DNA of 64,000 bases from the sequence record LC680884.1. One strand, written 5' to 3'. The stretch's first letter is position 1. Each line of letters begins with the position of its first letter. The notes beneath the pieces are model-generated. The model searched no databases. It worked only from the letters and a program-made list of their open reading frames with translations, and was not told the origin of the DNA. Position numbers and translations under genes: made by a program. Positions 56,915-64,000 of this stretch are shown here, in pieces.

Positions 56915-57380
56915 TAGATGTCATCCTTATTTGCTCTGAGTTTTTATCAATTTCTATAAAATTATCTTTAGTTATACTTAATTCTCTCGTTATTTGACCT
57001 TTATTTTTAATAACAATATTATAGTAATCTTTTCCTTCAGAACCTAAAAGTATGGAATCAATTATTATTAGTGAATTACTAAAGACTCGTTCCCCACAAA
57101 TTGTCATACCACTAATTAATTTGAAAACTTGTCCCGGTTTATAATCTATTTTATTATATGCGCTCATTTCAATAATTCTTACACTACCACCTAATATATC
57201 ACCAATGCTAACAAAAACATCATGATTCAGAGTTGTAAAATCTAATTGATCATCAGTAACTTTTTTCAATAAACCAGTATAAGTGGAATTATCTGCAAAA
57301 ATTTTATAAGCATTACCAATATTAAATTTTTGTCCATTAAATACATCTATTTCTACTTTTTTAGTCCACTGAACGCTCAT
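56886..57380 (-). CDS. Hypothetical protein, paralog of 57505-58038
   Basis: WTKKV..DVFN...F..G..YKI and KNKG.I...I.M...EW shared. Confidence 0.7.
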   Translation of the reverse strand: MSVQWTKKVEIDVFNGQKFNIGNAYKIFADNSTYTGLLKKVTDDQLDFTTLNHDVFVSIGDILGGSVRIIEMSAYNKIDYKPGQVFKLISGMTICGERVFSNSLIIIDSILLGSEGKDYYNIVIKNKGQITRELSITKDNFIEIDKNSEQIRMTSNEWKNIQFD

Positions 57381-57505
57381 TTATTATCCTCCTTAATTTT
57401 ACCATATCCATTACAATTAATACATGGGGTATTATGATCTTGTATCTTTTTATCTCCAACAAACCAAGTATCATATCCTGTACCTTCACAATCAGGACAT
57501 TTCAT
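57377..57505 (-). CDS. 42-aa DnaJ-type zinc finger protein
   Basis: MKCPDCEGTG...PCINCNGYG (two CxxCxGxG motifs); not in the ORF track. Confidence 0.65.
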   Translation of the reverse strand: MKCPDCEGTGYDTWFVGDKKIQDHNTPCINCNGYGKIKEDNK

Positions 57506-58038
57506 TATTCTACAACTCCCTCATCTTTATTAGTTGAATAATCAATTAAATTATCCCATTCATCTTCACTCATTTCAATTTTCATTGAATTTGTATTAAT
57601 TTTTTGAAGGTGATTTTTAGCAAGTTTAAATTCTTTTATATAACCTTTATTCTTAATAGTAATATTATATATTTTACGATTGGGATATTCTGTAATTGAA
57701 TCAATTTTAATAAATGCACCACTTGATACCATATAACCAGCAATTTCTGTATCATAAATCATCTGATAAATTTGCCCTGAATATAATTCCAATTCATTAT
57801 CGTCATCTAACTCAACAATCATAAAATCATTATTTAAAAACTCATGAATATTAAATGAGATTCTCTTATGTCCTGTATCACTATCATAAATAATAAATTG
57901 CAATGAATAGTCACTTATATCAGACAATAATCCATAGACAATCTCTTTATCATCATTACTTAAAATAATTTTATAAGGTTTTCCCAAAATAAATTCTGCA
58001 TCATTAAATACATCTACTTTTTTTGTCCATTTACTCAT
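57505..58038 (-). CDS. Hypothetical protein, paralog of 56886-57380
   Basis: See paralog. Confidence 0.7.
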   Translation of the reverse strand: MSKWTKKVDVFNDAEFILGKPYKIILSNDDKEIVYGLLSDISDYSLQFIIYDSDTGHKRISFNIHEFLNNDFMIVELDDDNELELYSGQIYQMIYDTEIAGYMVSSGAFIKIDSITEYPNRKIYNITIKNKGYIKEFKLAKNHLQKINTNSMKIEMSEDEWDNLIDYSTNKDEGVVE

Positions 58039-58057
58039 AGAATTTTACTACCTCACT

Positions 58058-58471
58058 TTAATTCTCAAGTGCTCCTCTATTTTTAAAGGAATAATTCTCT
58101 AATTTTTCATTTTTAAACTCATCATCTGATAAATATTTGTGTTCGTAATTATTTAAATTACTGTTCATGAATTCTCCATCAATATCGTATATCTTGTTAT
58201 CAATATCAGCAACTATATGATACATTGGAAATTTTTCTTTAGTCTTAGGATCTATAAAATTTGTAATTAATATTGGTTTAGTTTCAGGATATACATGTTT
58301 AAGCAATTTTACTAATTGACCGCAATTACCATTAGTATATATTTCCTTAATTATATAAGAAGCAGAGTGTTGATCATCTCTAACTCCCCTATATTTAGAA
58401 CCGAGTATTTCTTTAGCATCACTTCCTCTAATCAATCCAATAAATTCTATAATATTCTGATGTTTATCCAT
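58058..58471 (-). CDS. Hypothetical protein
   Basis: 137 aa, YTNGNCGQL...HIV...YDIDG. Confidence 0.7.
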   Translation of the reverse strand: MDKHQNIIEFIGLIRGSDAKEILGSKYRGVRDDQHSASYIIKEIYTNGNCGQLVKLLKHVYPETKPILITNFIDPKTKEKFPMYHIVADIDNKIYDIDGEFMNSNLNNYEHKYLSDDEFKNEKLENYSFKNRGALEN

Positions 58472-58697
58472 TTATTTTTAACCTCTTTTATTTATTTTTA
58501 TTATTGAATACTTCAGCCATATTTGAATAACCACCATCTCTGCCATAAATAAATTATCAATCTTCTGGTAATATCTTCATTTCTAGTTCTAGAATATAGA
58601 CTTTATTTCATTTATCTTTTTATCAGAAAATTTAATATTTGATATACTACTAATAGTATATGAATAACTACTTTTATGTCTTTAGTCTCTTTTCATT

Positions 58698-59162
58698 TCA
58701 CAACCCCATCCCTTCAATATTTTTAAATAATTTAATAATATCAGATAAGTATTCATTAGAATGCAATTTAATCAATGTTGCGTTATTTTCATCTTCAATT
58801 GCATTAATAAAGGATTCCCAATTTTTCTCTATGAAAGATAAAAACTTATCATCATTTCCTCTTTCTTTATAACGTTTAAGATATTCATCTTTTAATTTAA
58901 TATCAGGATATACAATATAATAATCAATATTATTATCATTAAGCGCTTCTCTTACGACATCATGTGAAGATACAAGAATAATATCCACTTTACCCATATT
59001 TTCTTTAATATGATCGATATAATTTTGTGGAAAATCCTTATTGCGTACTCCCGGACGTGACCATGAAAAATTACTACTATCAGAGTCTAAAACTTTTAAA
59101 TCAGTATTATTATAGAGAGTACTCTTACCAATTCCTGGAAAACCTGAGATAATTTTAGTCAT
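58698..59162 (-). CDS. P-loop NTPase/kinase-like protein
   Basis: IISGFPGIGKST Walker A; LDSDSS. Confidence 0.75.
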   Translation of the reverse strand: MTKIISGFPGIGKSTLYNNTDLKVLDSDSSNFSWSRPGVRNKDFPQNYIDHIKENMGKVDIILVSSHDVVREALNDNNIDYYIVYPDIKLKDEYLKRYKERGNDDKFLSFIEKNWESFINAIEDENNATLIKLHSNEYLSDIIKLFKNIEGMGL

Positions 59163-59307
59163 TTATTTTATCCTCCAACTTTTCAATTTGTCTTTTAATA
59201 AGAATATTGGTATTTAATACTAAGATAACACTTAATGTTACACATACAACTGCAATCGCTAAACCAAATCCTAATAGTGAAAAACAAAATGATTCATAGA
59301 TATCCAT
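59155..59307 (-). CDS. Small membrane protein (50 aa)
   Basis: AAGGAG SD; MDIYESFCFSLLGFGLAIAVVCVTLSVILVLN...; overlaps the next start. Confidence 0.6.
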   Translation of the reverse strand: MDIYESFCFSLLGFGLAIAVVCVTLSVILVLNTNILIKRQIEKLEDKIND

Positions 59308-59366
59308 TTTTATTACTCCTTTTATGTATATTCATGATGATATTAAGAGAATAATTAATTATTCTC

Positions 59367-59690
59367 TTACAATCTAAAACTATTAAAATAATCCTCAAAA
59401 TAACTTAATTCGCCATTATTAAAATCTTTATCTCTAACTGCTAATTGATTATTAAAGTAGAGATCCATTAATTCTATATAATTATTTTTATTTTTTCTAC
59501 TTTTCATAATATTATTATCACAATATAAGCCACATTTATTACATTTAAAATAATGTATTGGATCAGCAATACGTCCTTTTGATCCCATTTCAATTCCATG
59601 ATGATCACATTTAATCTTTTTAGTTTTATTTAAAATTTTCTTAAGACACTTAAACATATGTTCTCCTGTTTTAATCTCCTTTTTCCACAT
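59367..59690 (-). CDS. Hypothetical Zn-binding protein
   Basis: CDHH...CNKC; likely start MFKCL. Confidence 0.6.
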   Translation of the reverse strand: MWKKEIKTGEHMFKCLKKILNKTKKIKCDHHGIEMGSKGRIADPIHYFKCNKCGLYCDNNIMKSRKNKNNYIELMDLYFNNQLAVRDKDFNNGELSYFEDYFNSFRL

Positions 59691-60039
59691 GAAATTTAAT
59701 ATCTTTTAGATAATCATTATCTTTAATTCTAGCAATCAGATAATCATCTTCATTATATAATACTTCAATATGATATAATTCATCTTTAAATCTATCTACT
59801 AAATTAAATTCTTTACTAATCCACATTAATTCTTCAAATGCCTCTTCAGACAATTCATTTTTTAATTCTTCAATTATATCTCCTTCAATATTACCTTTAG
59901 CTACTAAACATAAGTCATCTTGATAATTAGACGCAAGAATATGAGTATAACCATTCTTAAAATGTTCATATAGAGTTTCCAATTCTGTTACTTCAGCTAC
60001 AGCAGTTAATGCTTTTACAATGATTTCCATTTTATTCAC
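59671..60039 (-). CDS. Hypothetical protein, tandem paralog of 60032-60382
   Basis: MEI.VKAL...EV.E.E.L....NGY...NYQ.D.CL..K...LKDIKF.VEKG shared. Confidence 0.75.
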   Translation of the reverse strand: MNKMEIIVKALTAVAEVTELETLYEHFKNGYTHILASNYQDDLCLVAKGNIEGDIIEELKNELSEEAFEELMWISKEFNLVDRFKDELYHIEVLYNEDDYLIARIKDNDYLKDIKFHVEKGD

Positions 60040-60382
60040 CTTTTTCTACATAAAATTTAATATCTTTTAAACTATCATTGTTAGCTTTTACGATTAAATT
60101 GCCATCATCATCATAACTTAAAACTTCTGTATATTTAAGTTTATTAATTATAAAAACAGGAGATTTACTCAACCAAAGTAATTCCAAATAAATTTCTTCT
60201 AGTATATTATCATTAATATTTTTAATTATATCCTTTGGAATAACATCTTTAGATAGCAAACACACATCATTTTGATAATTACCATAAAGAACATTTTTAT
60301 ACCCATTATCGTAGAGTCTAAATAATTTTTCCACTTCATGTACTTCTGAAGAAACATTTAATGCTTTTACAACAATTTCCAT
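60032..60382 (-). CDS. Hypothetical protein, tandem paralog of 59671-60039
   Basis: See paralog; first gene after the early promoter. Confidence 0.75.
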   Translation of the reverse strand: MEIVVKALNVSSEVHEVEKLFRLYDNGYKNVLYGNYQNDVCLLSKDVIPKDIIKNINDNILEEIYLELLWLSKSPVFIINKLKYTEVLSYDDDGNLIVKANNDSLKDIKFYVEKGE

Positions 60383-60415
60383 TATACTTCCCCCTTAATA
60401 ATTTTATTCTTTTTT

Positions 60416-60428
60416 ATAATATATATTT
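60416..60428 (-). promoter_or_regulatory. Putative early promoter AAATATATATTAT
   Basis: Exact 13-mer heading the small-gene operon. Confidence 0.7.
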
Positions 60429-60456
60429 AATTTTTTCAATAAAAAAAAGAAAGGCA

Positions 60457-61380
60457 TTAATAAATGCCTTCCTCCTCGTCTACTACCTTAATAGTAGGGA
60501 AATATTTTCTAAATACTTTCTTATTACTTTTATAATTAATACTTCTATATCTTTTCTGTTCTTCATGATAATATCTACATATAAAATCATCACAATCTTT
60601 TATTACATAATTTTTATCCTGATTATAAAGTACTGTAATAATTGTGAATTCAATTTCTTTATCTTCATTCTTAGTAACACCTACTAGGATAATAGGACTA
60701 ATTTCAGTATCACCTAAGTTTAGTTGTGATGCTATCACTGTCCCTTTCTTAAATTTATTATAGTTTTCAAACTGAACGATTGGCGTTAATGCCATTTCTA
60801 GATTATGATAGGGAATACCACGATGTATCATTCTATCAAATTGAAAATGATCAGAGAAATAAAAATTAAATTTTGTTTCTGCTTGTCCAATAAATTCAAT
60901 TTTTCTTTCATTCTTAATCTTATTTATTACTTTAAGTACGCTATTACTGAAGTTTTGGAGATAGTTAGTATTTGGATTAGTCATTGCTGATGTGGAAATA
61001 AATATGGTGAGAAGTTTCATCTGAAGACTATAGAAGTCCTTACTATCTATATAATTCAAAAATTGTTGTTCAGCGACAGTTCTTTCTTCTTCTTTAATAT
61101 TTGATATAATATGATACATCTGAAAATGTTGTTTCTTAATAGTCTCTTTAAGACCAACATAACGATTTTTAGGATATCTGTCTTTTCGATATATAATACA
61201 TTTTGGTAAAGCTTCAGTATATAATGGAACCATAAATGTATTCTTTAGAATTAAATCTACAGGAACTTTTCTATAGTGTCTCTTTACCATCTCTTCCAAT
61301 ACTTCTCTACTAACATTTAATTTTCTTACATTCCTAATTCTCTCTTCTACTGTGATCTCTCTTTCTTTCTCACAAATCAT
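60457..61380 (-). CDS. Hypothetical early protein
   Basis: 307 aa, AAAGGAGAGG RBS, own early motif. Confidence 0.75.
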   Translation of the reverse strand: MICEKEREITVEERIRNVRKLNVSREVLEEMVKRHYRKVPVDLILKNTFMVPLYTEALPKCIIYRKDRYPKNRYVGLKETIKKQHFQMYHIISNIKEEERTVAEQQFLNYIDSKDFYSLQMKLLTIFISTSAMTNPNTNYLQNFSNSVLKVINKIKNERKIEFIGQAETKFNFYFSDHFQFDRMIHRGIPYHNLEMALTPIVQFENYNKFKKGTVIASQLNLGDTEISPIILVGVTKNEDKEIEFTIITVLYNQDKNYVIKDCDDFICRYYHEEQKRYRSINYKSNKKVFRKYFPTIKVVDEEEGIY

Positions 61381-61423
61381 AATTTACCTCTCCTTTAATA
61401 AATATAACATCCTCTTCACTTTA

Positions 61424-61436
61424 ATAATATATATTT
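61424..61436 (-). promoter_or_regulatory. Putative early promoter AAATATATATTAT
   Basis: Exact 13-mer. Confidence 0.7.
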
Positions 61437-61480
61437 CATCTAAAATTTTAATACGTCTCTGAAATTTTTAATTTTTTTAT

Positions 61481-61864
61481 GTGAATAATCAACATTTAGT
61501 TAGATTAATCCAATATCTAGAGGGGTGCATAAAAATGGAAATTATTAAATTAGTTGAAGGTTCATTCATGGATAATAATGAAATTATGGAAGATTACATT
61601 TATCTAGAGATGTTAAAAGTATTAAGAGAAAAATATAAAGAATTTAGAGATAAACCATCTTGTCGTTTTATTGTAAGAATGAAGGATAAAAACTATAAAA
61701 AGTTAATCATTAATGCAATTTCAAATCTGGATATTTGTAATACTAGTGATATTGTATGTGAAGATAAAGATGAGGATAAGGTCTTTGTTATCTCTCAAAA
61801 TCCAGAAACAAATGATTATGTAAATACACTATTTCATTTTAAAGTAGAACAGAAAGTTTCTTGA
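61481..61864 (+). CDS. Hypothetical protein
   Basis: Likely start MEIIKLVEG after GAGGGG. Confidence 0.6.
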   Translation: MNNQHLVRLIQYLEGCIKMEIIKLVEGSFMDNNEIMEDYIYLEMLKVLREKYKEFRDKPSCRFIVRMKDKNYKKLIINAISNLDICNTSDIVCEDKDEDKVFVISQNPETNDYVNTLFHFKVEQKVS

Positions 61865-61891
61865 CAAAATAATAAAATAATCTAATGTCTC

Positions 61892-62107
61892 TTATGACAT
61901 TAGATTATTTATTTTAATTCCTCTTTCTTTTAACTCAACTATATTACCTTTATCAATAAGTTTCTGAATATTCTGATAAATCTTACCTTCTAAAGTAATA
62001 TATTTTTGTGGAATAATTAATTCCATATCTTTATTTCTGATAGTTAACTCTCCGAATGTCGCATTGGACATGATTGAATGTTTATAATATCTACTTCTAC
62101 CACGCAT
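61892..62107 (-). CDS. Small hypothetical protein
   Basis: ATG after AGAGGT; 71 aa. Confidence 0.55.
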   Translation of the reverse strand: MRGRSRYYKHSIMSNATFGELTIRNKDMELIIPQKYITLEGKIYQNIQKLIDKGNIVELKERGIKINNLMS

Positions 62108-62125
62108 TATAAATCTACCTCTCTA

Positions 62126-62935
62126 TTATTCTGTAAATTGTTCTAACACTTTTGTACTTTCAGAGAGAATAGAAATACCTGCTGTAAGCAGTTGAGAGTA
62201 TGAACTTATTGAAATGCTAATAAATTCTGCAAGAGAATTTATAGTTATATATAATTTACCTTGATCAATTCCAGAATTATTCATCCTAGTCAAAGTATGA
62301 TAATATTCTTTCATAACTATAATTTGATTTTGAATCTGTTTATTACATTTTTTATTTAAATAATTTACTAAAATATTTTTATTTTTTATAATAGCATTAA
62401 TATCGCTAGCTATATATGTTAAATTTGTTCTTTTAACTACAATATTTTCACAAGAATCTTTAATTGATTTTTTCTTATTATTAATTGTCTTTTTCATATT
62501 TGGTATATTAACATTATTTAGCTTTGTATTATTAATACTAGCCGACAATAAAAGGTTGATTGAACTCAAATCAACACTTACATCCTCATAAGATCTAAGT
62601 AAATTATTAATACTTAGTATAATATCAATTTCTGATATTACTCTTTTTTTACTATTTAAATTATAGTTGGGAGTATCATTCTTAATTTTTGTTATTACCT
62701 TGCTAAATATATCTTTAAACCAAATAATAATTTTATTAATGAGTAATTTTATTTTTTGTAAAACTCTTAATATACTATCAGTTAAATTTTCATTTAATAT
62801 AGCTGTATTATTAGAAATATCATTATATTCAGATAAAATTAAACTTCTTTCAATATAATATATTTCATTGATTAAATTTTGTATTTCTATAGACTCATAT
62901 AAAAGATTATTTAGTTCATTCTCAATTTTTTGCAT
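62126..62935 (-). CDS. Putative internal head protein, paralog of 14249-15139 and 15207-16325
   Basis: LLYESIEIQN...LSE...ILNE then the ILRVLQKIKLLINKIIIWFKDIF helix; late promoter. Confidence 0.55.
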   Translation of the reverse strand: MQKIENELNNLLYESIEIQNLINEIYYIERSLILSEYNDISNNTAILNENLTDSILRVLQKIKLLINKIIIWFKDIFSKVITKIKNDTPNYNLNSKKRVISEIDIILSINNLLRSYEDVSVDLSSINLLLSASINNTKLNNVNIPNMKKTINNKKKSIKDSCENIVVKRTNLTYIASDINAIIKNKNILVNYLNKKCNKQIQNQIIVMKEYYHTLTRMNNSGIDQGKLYITINSLAEFISISISSYSQLLTAGISILSESTKVLEQFTE

Positions 62936-62974
62936 TTCTTATTCTCCCTCCTTCTTATTTTATTTTTAAATCAC

Positions 62975-62986
62975 TAATAGTATGTT
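62975..62986 (-). promoter_or_regulatory. AR9-type late promoter AACA-N6-TA
   Basis: AACA-TACTAT-TAG. Confidence 0.6.
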
Positions 62987-63026
62987 TCAACAAATGAATC
63001 AAAGTTTATCATGTAAATAATAACTG

Positions 63027-63038
63027 AACAAATGAATA
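63027..63038 (+). promoter_or_regulatory. AR9-type late promoter AACA-N6-TA
   Basis: AACA-AATGAA-TA. Confidence 0.6.
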
Positions 63039-63072
63039 TTGGCTTTATATTAATTTAAAGGAGGTTAAAATA

Positions 63073-64000
63073 ATGGGTCGATTTATTGAAGAAAAAGATG
63101 TAATCGAAAAATATATAAACAATTTTACGAGTACCACTAAAGATTTCTCTCGGTTCATAGAAGGTTCTCCAAACTTTGTCACTTATTATTCTAAAGATAT
63201 AATGAATTCTATGGAAGATCAAACACTACAAGGTGTTATGGAAGTTATTGGTGTAGAGTCTCCTATAAAATTTAATAAAATTGAAAATTTCCCTATTTAT
63301 AATATGGAGCAAATTGATCCTAATTTAGAATATGATACTGAAAATGGTCTAGATACATCAGTAGAAAGTACTGCAATCGTTCTACCTAATACTCTTAAAC
63401 CACTCCCAAATGACTATTTCCTAGTTAATTATCTAAATAAAGATTATCTATTTAGAATTAGTAATGTTGAGACTAGCAGTATTGATAATAAAGTATTCTA
63501 TAGAATTACTTATATACTATCAGGTGATAATCTTGGAATACTGGAAGAGAGACAATTAACTGAAGAATATAAAGTTGTTTATGAGAATATTGGTAAAGAA
63601 GCTAAGAGTATTCTTAAGACCACAGATTTTCTCCTGTTAGGTAAAATAGATGATGCATTTAATATCTTATCAAAACAGTATACAAAGTTATTTTATAATA
63701 AGTTCTATAATACTTTTCTTTTCAAGAATCAATTATACGATAATATGCTTATGAAATTTATCCAAAGTAATAATCTATTTATCAATTCTAAAACATTCTT
63801 GAAAAATATTAAAATAGAACCGCTACTAAATGAAAGCATGGATGAATTTTTCGCCTATGATAATAGTATCTACTCAGCCATTGAAGAAAAAAGTACAGAT
63901 AATTTAGAGAATTTAAACTATACTCTTGAAGAAATTAATGATAGTAAGAGCATATTTAATCTCTATAAAAACAAGTATAACATTCTTCATATTAGTTATT
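63073..64000 (+). CDS. Putative virion structural protein (runs off the window end)
   Basis: ATG after AAAGGAGG; MGRFIEEKDVIEKYINN...VLPNTLKPLPNDYF...; appears open to the window end. Confidence 0.7.
   Translation, partial: MGRFIEEKDVIEKYINNFTSTTKDFSRFIEGSPNFVTYYSKDIMNSMEDQTLQGVMEVIGVESPIKFNKIENFPIYNMEQIDPNLEYDTENGLDTSVESTAIVLPNTLKPLPNDYFLVNYLNKDYLFRISNVETSSIDNKVFYRITYILSGDNLGILEERQLTEEYKVVYENIGKEAKSILKTTDFLLLGKIDDAFNILSKQYTKLFYNKFYNTFLFKNQLYDNMLMKFIQSNNLFINSKTFLKNIKIEPLLNESMDEFFAYDNSIYSAIEEKSTDNLENLNYTLEEINDSKSIFNLYKNKYNILHISY

Noticed and set aside
58472-58697. Gap in the early operon as an ncRNA
   Set aside because: It reads like a decayed ORF with stops in all frames and no convincing structure; at most a pseudogene remnant.
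62855-62867. Seventh exact AAATATATATTAT copy
   Set aside because: It lies inside a late CDS, far from any downstream start, and may be chance in AT-rich DNA. Not called without TSS data.
1-64000. tRNA, rRNA, tmRNA, phage-nucleus shell or tubulin genes
   Set aside because: No cloverleaf, tag-peptide or PhuZ/shell-like motifs were recognised by eye. tRNAscan or HMM searches would be needed to exclude them.

Overview
Very AT-rich, gene-dense segment of a Bacillus jumbo myophage of the AR9/PBS1 type (phiKZ-related). In AR9/PBS1, uracil replaces thymine in the DNA; a sequence read cannot show this. The assignment rests on the 464-aa ORF at 4967-6361, which I recognise from memory as AR9 gp226 (promoter-specificity subunit of the non-virion RNA polymerase), the nearby GroEL-like chaperonin, and AR9-type late promoters (AACA-N6-TA) before most structural genes. 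The window holds baseplate, tail and head genes, primase, class Ib RNR (nrdI/E/F), dCMP deaminase, RusA, a 1925-aa tape measure with a muramidase domain, a GH25-LysM endolysin and a beta-helix protein. It ends with a block of small early genes. Six group I introns were mapped by hand from P1 U-G pairs, terminal G and restored reading frames. Four lie in an RNA polymerase beta-like gene (1397 aa spliced, including an 11-nt micro-exon; one intron carries an HNH-AP2 endonuclease). Two lie in a tail-tube-initiator-like gene (490 aa spliced). Introns are already reported for AR9. The least explained items are: (i) a structured early-promoter transcript at about 18780-19055 encoding a 15-aa amphipathic peptide with type I toxin-like fold-back pairings; (ii) modular mosaicism among the six introns; (iii) an early promoter plus start-codon hairpin controlling the intron endonuclease; (iv) a likely -1 frameshift in a tail-assembly gene; (v) a MazG/dUTPase-like candidate dTTPase. 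No CRISPR array, tRNA or rRNA was seen. No database searches or folding programs were run.
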